NCBI GenBank assembly: GCA_963726155.1
Contig: CAVSBF010000002.1
Location: 601,975-665,974 of the forward strand
DNA from: an uncultured Acidobacteriaceae bacterium
GTDB lineage: Bacteria > Acidobacteriota > Terriglobia > Terriglobales > Acidobacteriaceae
Length of the DNA: 64,000 bases
Reading direction: 5' to 3'
Shown here: piece after piece, positions 1 through 8,520 of the stretch
How positions within the stretch are numbered: the first letter of the stretch is position 1
Layout of the letters: every line of letters begins with the position of its first letter
The notes under the pieces: model-generated
Seen by the model: only the letters and a program-made list of their open reading frames with translations
Database searches by the model: none
What the model was told of the DNA's origin: nothing
Program-made: the position numbers and the translations under genes

Positions 1-89
1 GCGTCCGTGGTAGCGGTGCAATATCATCCGGGCTCGACGATTGTGGCGGCTCGCTTTCGCAACGAAGTTCCGAACTGGATCGTGAAATC

Positions 90-1265
90 ATGACAGCATC
101 CTCTACGCAGCCAGAATCGTCCGCTCCAGATCTTGCGGCGCTGTGGTCGAGTGCGCGCCGCCTCCATCCTATCTATGTTGAACTGGCGCGTGAATTTGTG
201 ATTGAGGCGCCGGCTTTCGCGGCGCTGGATGAGCCGGTGGATGCGCCGGATCGCGAGACAGTAGAGCAAGCCCAGCAGTGGCTGCACAATATGGATGACC
301 GCATCCAGGTACACCAACTGCGCCAATTCCTCCAGACAAGTTCTCTGGTGGACAACCAAGGGCTGATCGCTCTGTCAAAGCATTTCATAGAAAAGACGGC
401 GCACACGGATTCCTCCCGCGACAAAATCGATTTTCTGCTGGTGCAATATTTCAGCCACATTGCTCCAACCGAACTGGGCGATGATGGAGCCGACCTGGCT
501 TTCGTAGCCAAAGGATTGGAACCGGTGCTAGGCGAGGTGGAACTGAAGGCTCCGGTATGGTTGAACAGCCTGGATCGCGTCTTGGACTCCGCGCGGCGCT
601 GCCATTCACTGGACGAACTGTTACATGGCGGCGTGCTGGAGCAAGGACGCAAAGCCAAAGCGCAGGCAGGCGAGTTATTTTACCTGCCCGTCGCACTTGC
701 GGCGTTCACACGTTTTGGATATCTGATGCGGCGAGCCTTCTTCCGCCTGATGCTTACCGATCTCAATAACATTCTCGACGGGTTAACGGAGCTGGAAGAA
801 AAAGGCGTGGAGACGATCGATTGCCGGAGGGCGCAGTTCTCGGCCCAGGAGCCGATCATAAGGCTGCGCATGATTTGCCAATCCTGGAAAGTGATGTTTC
901 AGGCAGAGTACTCCTCGGGACAACCGCTGCGGATGCTGGTGGATCTGCGGGCCTCCGTAGATGGCGCGCTGGGACGAGGCGCGGACGCGGGGAATAGCGA
1001 GAAGGCGGCGGAAGCGACTGCCGCTGCAAAGCTCGCACCGGCGAAAGCCGCGACCCCAAAGATAGCGACAGCGAAGACAGCGCCGAAGGCTGCGGCGGCT
1101 GGCGCGAGCGCAACATCGGCCGCGGCCAAGCCTGGCCGCGTAGGGTCTGAGAATCCGGCGGCCAAGTTCGCTGCCTCAAACGACGATGTTCCTGAATTTG
1201 AAATTTCCCCGGCTGCCCCGGAGTGGAATCCGGATGAAGATTCACCAGCGGGGCAGAAGAAATAA
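90..1265 (+). CDS. hypothetical protein with Ala/Lys/Pro-rich low-complexity C-terminal tail
   Basis: 391-aa ORF with ATG at 90. No motif recognised. The C-terminal third is AAKxAP-type low complexity. First of three same-strand genes (90-3196). Confidence 0.5.
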   Translation: MTASSTQPESSAPDLAALWSSARRLHPIYVELAREFVIEAPAFAALDEPVDAPDRETVEQAQQWLHNMDDRIQVHQLRQFLQTSSLVDNQGLIALSKHFIEKTAHTDSSRDKIDFLLVQYFSHIAPTELGDDGADLAFVAKGLEPVLGEVELKAPVWLNSLDRVLDSARRCHSLDELLHGGVLEQGRKAKAQAGELFYLPVALAAFTRFGYLMRRAFFRLMLTDLNNILDGLTELEEKGVETIDCRRAQFSAQEPIIRLRMICQSWKVMFQAEYSSGQPLRMLVDLRASVDGALGRGADAGNSEKAAEATAAAKLAPAKAATPKIATAKTAPKAAAAGASATSAAAKPGRVGSENPAAKFAASNDDVPEFEISPAAPEWNPDEDSPAGQKK

Positions 1266-1326
1266 TCGAAAACGAAAACTAGTGATTCCCGCGAAGGTGG
1301 CGTGAATCCAGGCAAAGGAAACTTGA

Positions 1327-2007
1327 GTGGATCGTCCGACCGTACTGGTTATCTCCGACGATGTAGGATTTTCGCGAAGGCTGACGGCGCGCTGGCAGGC
1401 AGAGCGCCACGTGCCGACGTTCACCATCCTGAGCGGAGATCTTTGGCCACGTACTGTCGAGAATTTTGAAGTTGCAATCGTAGGTCCGCTGCGCCGCGAG
1501 TTGCTCTCCGTAATTATTGAGCCGTTGCACTCGAGTGCGCAGCCGTTGTTTTGCGTCTGCGAGGATGGCACTACTGCCAAACTGGTGCGCGACCGCTGGC
1601 CGCGAACGTCTGTGCTGCGGCTGGATGAGAATTGGTTGGACGCTTTGATTCTAGCGGCGGCCGAAGCCTTGCACCGCACCGCGGCAGAAGCTCGTGCCCG
1701 GACAGCCGAACAGCATTGTGCCGCGCTGGAACCGCAGGCCATGCTAGGCCGCTATATGATCGAAATGCGCCATGGCTTAAACAATGCTTTGACCTCGTTG
1801 CTGGGAAATTCGGATCTGCTTCTGCTGGAGCCGGGTACTTTATCGGCTCAAGCGCGCGGACAGATTGAAACCATTCGCAACATGACTTTGCGCATCCACG
1901 AGGTGATGCAGCGTTTTTCGTCGCTGGAAAAAGAGATGGCGGTGGTGGCTCAGCAAACAGAACGGGAGTCAGGCAAGAGCCGGGCTGCGGTCGCAGCAGG
2001 CCATTAA
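1327..2007 (+). CDS. pseudo-receiver plus HisKA-like (DHp) domain protein without an ATPase domain
   Basis: GTG start. The N-terminus is REC-like (VLVISDD...) but the expected phospho-acceptor position reads FEVAIVGP (no Asp). An H-box-like EMRHGLNNALTSLLGNSDLL follows. The ORF ends about 60 aa later with no N/G1/G2 boxes. Confidence 0.5.
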   Translation: MDRPTVLVISDDVGFSRRLTARWQAERHVPTFTILSGDLWPRTVENFEVAIVGPLRRELLSVIIEPLHSSAQPLFCVCEDGTTAKLVRDRWPRTSVLRLDENWLDALILAAAEALHRTAAEARARTAEQHCAALEPQAMLGRYMIEMRHGLNNALTSLLGNSDLLLLEPGTLSAQARGQIETIRNMTLRIHEVMQRFSSLEKEMAVVAQQTERESGKSRAAVAAGH

Positions 2008-2131
2008 GCGACGGTTTGCCGGGATGACCGCAGCCGACGCAGCGTGTGGTAAGAAAAGTTATTCTCTCTTTGGATTGTGGTGATGCTTAGTTGTTAGCGT
2101 GTTAGTTCGCCCCGCTTGGGGAAAGGCTTTT

Positions 2132-3196
2132 ATGCATAGGTCACTTGCGACCAGCACTATTCTGGAGCATGAACTTTCAGAGTTTCGGCTGCTGGTCGAG
2201 CGCCAAACCGGCTTGGTCCTCGATTGTCCCAACAGCGTATTGGCGGCGCGTCTGGCCGATTTCATCGAAACGCAGGAGTTAGACTCACCCGCCACGCTGT
2301 TAGAAAGGTTGCGATCTCCAGAGCAAGATCCAGCTACGCTGCCCTCATTGCTCGATGGGCTAGTTAGCGCGAATACCGGATTTTTTCGTCATCCCGGCGC
2401 GTTGAATGCCTTAACGCGGCAAGTATTGCCGCAACTGTGGGCGCGCAAGTCAGTGGACAGCCCTGGACCGATACGCATTTGGAGTGCCGGCTGCGCGACG
2501 GGAGAAGAGACCTATTCGATCGCAATGGCGGTATGTGACGCGGTGAATCCCGCGAACGTAAGCGTGCCGAGTAATGGCCCCGCATCAGTGAACGCGACCG
2601 GCAAAGGTGCAAAGAACGGAGGCATCGCCGAAAATAATCCAGCCGGACAACCTCCCCCCAGGCTCGGTTCGGGCTGCTCAATCCACATCGTAGGCAGCGA
2701 CCTGCTGCCGCGAAACATCGAAGCGGCCGACCGCGGCGTATACCGGCAGTCGGCGTTGGAGGGTCTGCCGCCGGCCACGATTCGCAATTATTTTTCGAAA
2801 ATTGGTACACCGAGCGCCGCAGCTGCAGCAAACCTTGAGCCTGACTTGGATGGCGATGCTCCCAATGCAGCGCCGCCGCCCGCAGTCACCCCGCACCTCT
2901 TGGTGAAGCCACGTCTGCGCAGCCTGGTCACTTTCAACTGCATGAACCTAGCCCGCCCCGGCTATATCGGTCGATTCGATTGCATCTTTTGTATGGACGT
3001 GCTGCCCCACTTCTCGCGCGTGCAGCGGCTGGCTGTGCTGGAACGACTGCATCTTTACCTCGAACCCGGCGGATATCTCTTCCTGAGCCAAACGGAAAAA
3101 CTCTCAGCATCAAGTCTGAATTTTCGCTCGGAAAACTTCGACGGATATACGTTTCACCGGAAGCCGTTGGCGGCAAGCGCGGCTTACGGAAGATAA
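2132..3196 (+). CDS. CheR-type SAM-dependent protein-glutamate O-methyltransferase with low-complexity insertions
   Basis: Motifs FFRHPGALNAL and IRIWSAGCATGEETYSIAMAV (CheR SAM motif I), then IHIVGSDLLPRNIEAADRGVYR. The ATG at 2132 with upstream GGGAAAGG is preferred over the GTG at 2099. Confidence 0.8.
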   Translation: MHRSLATSTILEHELSEFRLLVERQTGLVLDCPNSVLAARLADFIETQELDSPATLLERLRSPEQDPATLPSLLDGLVSANTGFFRHPGALNALTRQVLPQLWARKSVDSPGPIRIWSAGCATGEETYSIAMAVCDAVNPANVSVPSNGPASVNATGKGAKNGGIAENNPAGQPPPRLGSGCSIHIVGSDLLPRNIEAADRGVYRQSALEGLPPATIRNYFSKIGTPSAAAAANLEPDLDGDAPNAAPPPAVTPHLLVKPRLRSLVTFNCMNLARPGYIGRFDCIFCMDVLPHFSRVQRLAVLERLHLYLEPGGYLFLSQTEKLSASSLNFRSENFDGYTFHRKPLAASAAYGR

Positions 3197-3231
3197 TTGA
3201 TCGAATTGTCTACTTTGTCTATAATGGACAA

Positions 3232-3477
3232 ATGAAGACGGTCTCCGCTACTGACGCCAAACAGCGCCTCGCAGCCCTTCTCGACGCCGCCCAACGAGAG
3301 CCGGTTCTTATCCGCCGCCAGAATCGCGACGTCGCGGTGATCATGTCTGCACAAGAATATGAGCGCATTCGCAGAATTAATATCATCGAGCTGAAGCGCA
3401 CCATGGATCGCATCGGCGCCCAAGCCGAGGCGCGAGGAATGACGAAAGAGATTCTGGCTGACATCGTGAAAGACTGA
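3232..3477 (+). CDS. type II antitoxin, Phd/YefM family
   Basis: 81 aa. MKTVSATDAKQRLAALLDAAQREPVLIRRQNRDVAVIMSAQEYERI is a typical Phd/YefM N-terminus. Its stop overlaps the PIN gene start by 1 nt. Confidence 0.8.
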   Translation: MKTVSATDAKQRLAALLDAAQREPVLIRRQNRDVAVIMSAQEYERIRRINIIELKRTMDRIGAQAEARGMTKEILADIVKD

Positions 3478-3911
3478 TGCGTGGCCTGCGCGGCAGAGAC
3501 CTCGATCGCATCGTCGTCGACACCAACGTATTCGTCAGCGCCATCGCATTGTCCCGCTCGGTTCCTCGTCAAGCCGTTAACAGAATGTTAGACAGCGGTG
3601 TCTTGCTGTTCTCCGAAGCGACGATGACTGAGCTGGTGGAAGTCCTTCGCCGTCCAAAGTTTGATCGGTATGTCAGCGCGGAAGACCGCGCAATTTTCCT
3701 CGGTCAGCTCCGTACTGTTGCTGAATTCGTGCCCATCATCCAAGTCGTCCGCGAGTGCCGCGATTCGAAGGATGACAAGTTTCTGGAAGTCGCGCTGAAC
3801 GGGAGGGCGGATGTGATTATTACGGGCGATGCGGATTTGTTGGGGATGCATCCCTGGCGGGAGGTCGCGGTTTTATCGCCCGTTCACTTCTTAGGGAATG
3901 TTAAATCGTAG
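3477..3911 (+). CDS. PIN-domain toxin (TIGR00305-like putative TA toxin)
   Basis: IVVDTNVFVSAIA near the N-terminus, RDSKDDKFLEVAL and ADVIITGDADLL near the C-terminus give the PIN acidic residues. Translationally coupled to the upstream antitoxin. Confidence 0.8.
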   Translation: MRGLRGRDLDRIVVDTNVFVSAIALSRSVPRQAVNRMLDSGVLLFSEATMTELVEVLRRPKFDRYVSAEDRAIFLGQLRTVAEFVPIIQVVRECRDSKDDKFLEVALNGRADVIITGDADLLGMHPWREVAVLSPVHFLGNVKS

Positions 3912-3981
3912 CGCTTCACGTCCATCGCGTTTAAAAGCTTAAGCAAAGCAGTTGCGAGCGTCAGTGACCGTTTGCCGTCTT

Positions 3982-4371
3982 CTACTTGAAAGTCGATCTT
4001 GCATAGTGGGCGATGTCGTTTCGCTTGTCGAAGAGCTGCTCTTGGAAGAGATCTTTAATCGAGGTGCAAGGGTTCCAACCAGTCAGCGCCGGGCCCAAGA
4101 GGCCAACTTTCAAATGTGCGAACTCGTCGAAAGGCTTACTGGTTAGGAGTCGAGACAGTTCGTCCAGTCGCTTACCAATTAACCGCATGTTCGCCCACTC
4201 GCCCTCCCACGCCTTCCTGTCTTCAGAAGTCTGGTCCGCGGGAACTTTCCCAGAATTAATCCCTTTCCACTTAGAAAACAAGTAGGCCATCTCTGCCTCA
4301 ACAGCCACAGCACTTAAAAGGGTGGAGATGGTAGCGTCGTTGTGTTGGAGTTCGTGCTTAGCGCGTGCCAT
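3982..4371 (-). CDS. HEPN-motif protein (Rx4H), putative RNase toxin
   Basis: The sequence looks helical by eye. The C-terminal FDKRNDIAHY matches the HEPN Rx4-6H signature with a polar residue after R. ATG at 4371 (the track ORF starts at TTG 4377). It may be the C-terminal part of one frameshifted gene, 3982-4522. Confidence 0.45.
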   Translation of the reverse strand: MARAKHELQHNDATISTLLSAVAVEAEMAYLFSKWKGINSGKVPADQTSEDRKAWEGEWANMRLIGKRLDELSRLLTSKPFDEFAHLKVGLLGPALTGWNPCTSIKDLFQEQLFDKRNDIAHYARSTFK

Positions 4372-4522
4372 GAGCAACGTCGTGACAAAGTTGCCCAGGG
4401 GGGATTAGGTAGGTCGTAGCGCAGCAATCGGGGCAGACCACATGATCAGGAAGCTCACTTCCAATAACCTCCAACGATATTTGTTTGCCACAAGCGCACG
4501 GAATTGTTAACGGTGATTTCAT
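4358..4522 (-). CDS. small zinc-ribbon-like protein (54 aa)
   Basis: Hand-translated as MKSPLTIPCACGKQISLEVIGSELPDHVVCPDCCATTYLIPPGQLCHDVAHGTR. It has a CxC ... CxxCC arrangement and overlaps the HEPN ORF by 14 nt. It is below the 60-aa cutoff of the ORF track. Confidence 0.4.
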   Translation of the reverse strand: MKSPLTIPCACGKQISLEVIGSELPDHVVCPDCCATTYLIPPGQLCHDVAHGTR

Positions 4523-4556
4523 CCAAGTCGATTAGGTGCAACAACCGGCGCTTTCG

Positions 4557-6548
4557 CTACGCGAACAAAAATTCTTTCGTCCGCAGTTCTTTTATAGTGT
4601 CTCTTAGCGTTGCAGCCTTTTCGAATTCGAAGCGTTTGGCGGCTTCGCGCATATCGCTTTCGAGTTTGACGATGTAGCTATCCAACTCTTCCTGTGATTT
4701 AAATTCGGGCATGCCTTCAGCTCCGCTTCCAGTCAGGTCCGTATAATCGGCGGCAACAATTCCGGCGAGTGTCATGTCCAGCGGCCGCACGATGGATTCC
4801 GGCGTAATTCCATTCTCCAAGTTGTACGCGGTCTGGATCTCGCGACGGCGCAGGGTTTCGTCGATGGCGCGCTTCATGGAATCGGTCATGCGATCGGCAT
4901 AAAGAATGGCGCGGCCGCGCAGATGCCGCGCGCAGCGGCCTATGGTTTGAATTAACGATCCCCAGGAACGCAGGAAGCCTTCTTTATCCGCGTCGAGAAT
5001 TGCTACCAGCGAAACTTCGGGAAGATCGAGACCTTCGCGTAGAAGATTGATGCCGATCAATACGTCGAACTCGCCTTTCCGCAGATCACGGAGAATCTTT
5101 ACTCGCTCGAGTGTTTCGATTTCGGAATGCATGTAGCGGCACTTCACGCCCACTTCGGCGTAATACTCCGCCAGGTCTTCGGCCATGCGTTTCGTCAGTG
5201 TGGTGACCAGCACGCGCTCACCGCGCTCCACGCGCGCGCGAATCTCATGGAGCAAGTCGTCGATCTGGCCCTTGACCGGACGGACTTCGACCTCGGGATC
5301 GATCAATCCTGTAGGCCGGATGATCTGCTCTACCACCACACCCGCCGATTTCGTTAATTCATAGGGGCCCGGCGTCGCCGAGACATAAACCAGTTGGTTG
5401 GTGCGATGCTCAAATTCTTCGAATGTAAGCGGACGGTTATCCAGGGCCGAGGGGAGACGGAATCCGTACTCCACCAGTGTTTCCTTGCGGGAGCGGTCCC
5501 CGGCATACATGCCGCGCAATTGCGGAATCGTCTGGTGCGATTCGTCGACGAACATTAAATAATCCCGCGGGAAATAATCCAGCAACGTTGGAGGCGGCTC
5601 GCCCGGCATGCGTCCGGTGAAGTGCCGGGAATAATTTTCTATGCCATGGCAGTAACCCATGACTTTGATCATTTCCAGATCGAACTTCACTCGCTGGTGA
5701 ATGCGCTGCGCTTCGACTACGCGTCCTTGTTTCTCGAGTTCTACTTCCCACCATGCCAGTTCTTTCTTGATCGACTCCACAGCCGAAGCGCGGGTTTCAT
5801 CTTTCATCACGTAATGCGTTTTGGGATAAATCGGCAGCCGCATGTACTTTTGCTTGACTGTGCCGAACAGGGGATCGATCTGTGCCAGCGATTCGACCTG
5901 ATCTCCCCATAGCTCGATGCGGTAGGCCATGTCATCGTAGGTAGGGAAGACTTCGATCACGTCGCCACGCACGCGAAATGTTCCGCGGCGGAATTCGCCG
6001 TTGGTGCGCTCGTAGAGGATGTCGACCAGTTTGCGCGTGATGTCTTCGCGCGCAATCTTCTGGCCCTTTTCCAGAAACAACATCATGCCGTAATAAGCTT
6101 CAGGCGAGCCGAGGCCGTAAATGCAGCTCACCGAAGCAACAATCAGTGCGTCCCGGCGTTCAAACAAAGATCGAGTCGCCGACAGTCGAAGTTTATCGAG
6201 TTCATCGTTGATGGTCGCTTCTTTTTCGATAAACAAATCGGCAGCGGGAACGTAAGCCTCAGGCTGGTAATAGTCGTAATACGAAACAAAATATTCCACC
6301 GCGTTGTGGGGAAAGAAATTTTTGAACTCGTGATAAAGCTGCGCCGCCAAAGTTTTGTTATGAGCCATTACCAGCGCGGGACGATTCACCGCCTCAATGA
6401 CCTTGGCCATGGTGTAGGTCTTGCCCGAGCCGGTGACTCCGAGCAGAACCTGATGCTGCTCGCGGTCGTACACACCTCGCAACAACGAATCGATGGCGCG
6501 GCCCTGATCGCCCTGCGGTTTGTAATCGGAAACTAGTTTAAAGTCCAT
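4557..6548 (-). CDS. uvrB: excinuclease ABC subunit B
   Basis: 663 aa with Walker A GVTGSGKT, helicase motifs, and the C-terminal UVR domain ([21 protein letters not shown]). Confidence 0.97.
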   Translation of the reverse strand: MDFKLVSDYKPQGDQGRAIDSLLRGVYDREQHQVLLGVTGSGKTYTMAKVIEAVNRPALVMAHNKTLAAQLYHEFKNFFPHNAVEYFVSYYDYYQPEAYVPAADLFIEKEATINDELDKLRLSATRSLFERRDALIVASVSCIYGLGSPEAYYGMMLFLEKGQKIAREDITRKLVDILYERTNGEFRRGTFRVRGDVIEVFPTYDDMAYRIELWGDQVESLAQIDPLFGTVKQKYMRLPIYPKTHYVMKDETRASAVESIKKELAWWEVELEKQGRVVEAQRIHQRVKFDLEMIKVMGYCHGIENYSRHFTGRMPGEPPPTLLDYFPRDYLMFVDESHQTIPQLRGMYAGDRSRKETLVEYGFRLPSALDNRPLTFEEFEHRTNQLVYVSATPGPYELTKSAGVVVEQIIRPTGLIDPEVEVRPVKGQIDDLLHEIRARVERGERVLVTTLTKRMAEDLAEYYAEVGVKCRYMHSEIETLERVKILRDLRKGEFDVLIGINLLREGLDLPEVSLVAILDADKEGFLRSWGSLIQTIGRCARHLRGRAILYADRMTDSMKRAIDETLRRREIQTAYNLENGITPESIVRPLDMTLAGIVAADYTDLTGSGAEGMPEFKSQEELDSYIVKLESDMREAAKRFEFEKAATLRDTIKELRTKEFLFA

Positions 6549-6588
6549 GGGAGAAGCTCTTAGCAGTTAGCCTTTAGCCACTGTCCTA

Positions 6589-6634
6589 TGTGGGGACGGC
6601 TGCCATCGGCTGTCCATGCCGAGCAAAGCTCGGC
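6589..6634. repeat. REP-like double-hairpin element, copy A
   Basis: TGTGGGGACGGCTGCCATCGGCTGTCC followed by the hairpin GCCGAGC-AAA-GCTCGGC. An inverted copy lies at 26679-26721, with 24/27 identity over the first 27 nt. Confidence 0.6.
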
Positions 6635-6712
6635 TAGGTTTCCTTGCCAATTTAGCTACTGCTGTCACAGCAGACAATTTCGCCGAGTGCGAATCCGTCT
6701 ATTATAACGTGG

Positions 6713-6732
6713 CAAAACGCGACCGGGTCGCG
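6713..6732 (-). terminator. putative intrinsic terminator of the cNMP/FAD oxidoreductase gene
   Basis: On the minus strand, CGCGAC-CCG-GTCGCG (6-bp stem) is followed by TTTTG, directly after the stop at 6734. Confidence 0.5.
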
Positions 6733-6733
6733 G

Positions 6734-8404
6734 TCACAACTCCGCTAGCGCCCGGTGCACCAGATAGATGGAGATCGATCCTTCACCCACAGCGGCGGCC
6801 ACGCGCTTTACATTCCCGGCTCGGACATCGCCGACGGCAAATACTCCCGGCAGGCTGGTTTCCAGCATTTGCGGAGCGCGCGGCAGCGGCCATTTGAAGC
6901 TCTGCGAGAAGGGGTCTAAATCCCGCCCAGTCAGAATGAAGCCTTTGCTATCCAGCAGCACGCATCCTTTCAGCCACTCGGTGCGCGGAGAAGCCCCCGC
7001 CATGATGAACACGTGGCGAATGTTGTGGATCGACTTCTCGCCGGTGTTCCTGTCTTGCCAGGTCACGCTTTCCAGTTGAGCATCGCCGTCCAGGCCAACA
7101 ATCTGCGTGCTGTAATGTATTTCGATCGCGGGATTTTCTTCAATGCGCTGGATCAGGTAGCGCGACATCGTGTCCGACAATCGACTCGACCGCACCAACA
7201 TATGGACTTTGCCGGCCGTCTGCGAGAGATAAACCGCTGCCTGCCCGGCTGAGTTGCCGCCGCCTACGACAATTGCATCGTCCGTTCCGCAGAGTTGCGC
7301 CTCGATATAGGTGGCGCCGTAGTAGACACCCTGGCCTTCAAACTTTTTCAGGTTGTCGATGTTCGGTTTGTTGTACTGCGCGCCAGTGGCGATCACCACC
7401 GTACGTGCACGAATCGTCTGGCCGCAATCCACGGTCAATTCGTAGGGGCGCTGCTCGCAATTCAATTTTGTCACGTTGTTGGCGATCAGTACTTTGGCGC
7501 CAAATTTTTGCGCTTGGGCGGCGGCCCGGCCGGCAAGTTCGTTCCCCGAAATTCCCATGGGAAATCCGAGATAGTTTTCGATCTTCGAACTGGATCCCGC
7601 CTGCCCACCGGGAGAGTCCGCCTCGATCACCAGAACATCCAAGCCCTCCGATGCGGCGTAAACCGCCGCTGCCAAGCCGGATGGTCCCGCGCCAACGATC
7701 ACTACATCGCGCAACTCCGACGGTGTGATGTGGGCGTTGAGCCCCAGGCATCTCGCCAATTCCTGAATCGAAGGACTACGCAGCACTGTGCGGTTGTTGC
7801 AGATGACGACAGGAATCTCTTTCATCGTGACGTGAAAACGATCGAGCAGTTCCTGAGCGCTGGTATCGGTATCGAGATCAACGTAGGTGTGCGGATGCCC
7901 GTTGCGGGTGAGAAACTCGCGCAGACGCAAGGTTTGAGCGGAGTGGCGGGAGCCCATCAGAATAACGTTTCCCCGACCCTGGTTGATTAGAGCAACCCGC
8001 CGCAGGATGAAGGCACGCATGAAAATTTCGCTGAGCTCCGCGTCTCGGGCGACGAGAGTCCGCAAATCATCGCTGCTCATTTCCAGAAATTCGCCGGCGT
8101 CCTTCACTCGACCCCGCACCAGGCTGCTGCGACCCGAGATCATCGTGATTTCCCCGGTGAATTCCCCCGGCTCATGCTTAACGATTAACTGCTCGCCATT
8201 CAGACTCGGCTGAACGATTTCCAGGCTTCCAGAGAGCAGCACGAAAAACGGGATGTCGCTGTCGCCCGGCTCAAACAGGATGTCGCCCACTTCCACCTTC
8301 CGAACTTTGCTGGAGGGACGAATACGGTTGATCTGGTCAGCGGTGAGCACGGGGAAAGCCTCACCACGAAGGTCAGCAGAGAAAGGTGTTAATTGCGTAG
8401 ACAT
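6734..8404 (-). CDS. cyclic-nucleotide-binding domain fused to a thioredoxin-reductase-like FAD/NAD(P) oxidoreductase
   Basis: The N-terminus is a cNMP-binding fold (FEPGDSDIPFFVLLSGSLEIV ... GEFTGEITMISGR). The C-terminus has GxGxxG motifs (VVIVGAGPSGLAAAVYA, VVGGGNSAGQAAVYL) and GDVRAGNVKRVAAAVGEGS. The ATG at 8404 is chosen because the longer ORF overlaps the upstream gene. Confidence 0.8.
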   Translation of the reverse strand: MSTQLTPFSADLRGEAFPVLTADQINRIRPSSKVRKVEVGDILFEPGDSDIPFFVLLSGSLEIVQPSLNGEQLIVKHEPGEFTGEITMISGRSSLVRGRVKDAGEFLEMSSDDLRTLVARDAELSEIFMRAFILRRVALINQGRGNVILMGSRHSAQTLRLREFLTRNGHPHTYVDLDTDTSAQELLDRFHVTMKEIPVVICNNRTVLRSPSIQELARCLGLNAHITPSELRDVVIVGAGPSGLAAAVYAASEGLDVLVIEADSPGGQAGSSSKIENYLGFPMGISGNELAGRAAAQAQKFGAKVLIANNVTKLNCEQRPYELTVDCGQTIRARTVVIATGAQYNKPNIDNLKKFEGQGVYYGATYIEAQLCGTDDAIVVGGGNSAGQAAVYLSQTAGKVHMLVRSSRLSDTMSRYLIQRIEENPAIEIHYSTQIVGLDGDAQLESVTWQDRNTGEKSIHNIRHVFIMAGASPRTEWLKGCVLLDSKGFILTGRDLDPFSQSFKWPLPRAPQMLETSLPGVFAVGDVRAGNVKRVAAAVGEGSISIYLVHRALAEL

Positions 8405-8520
8405 GTTCCCTCGGTAACGGCTGAAGAAAGCCGCGATTACTAGATGAGGCTCGATGGCTCTCCGGTTCAGAGCAGTTGACGAGGCACTGAATCTATTCAG
8501 ACCGGCGGTAACGCGACGCA

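Noticed and set aside
24-1245. Several 60-160-aa minus-strand ORFs overlapping the first gene
   Set aside because: They are overlapping, Arg/Ser/Pro-rich off-frame translations of a GC-rich coding region, with no start context or motifs.
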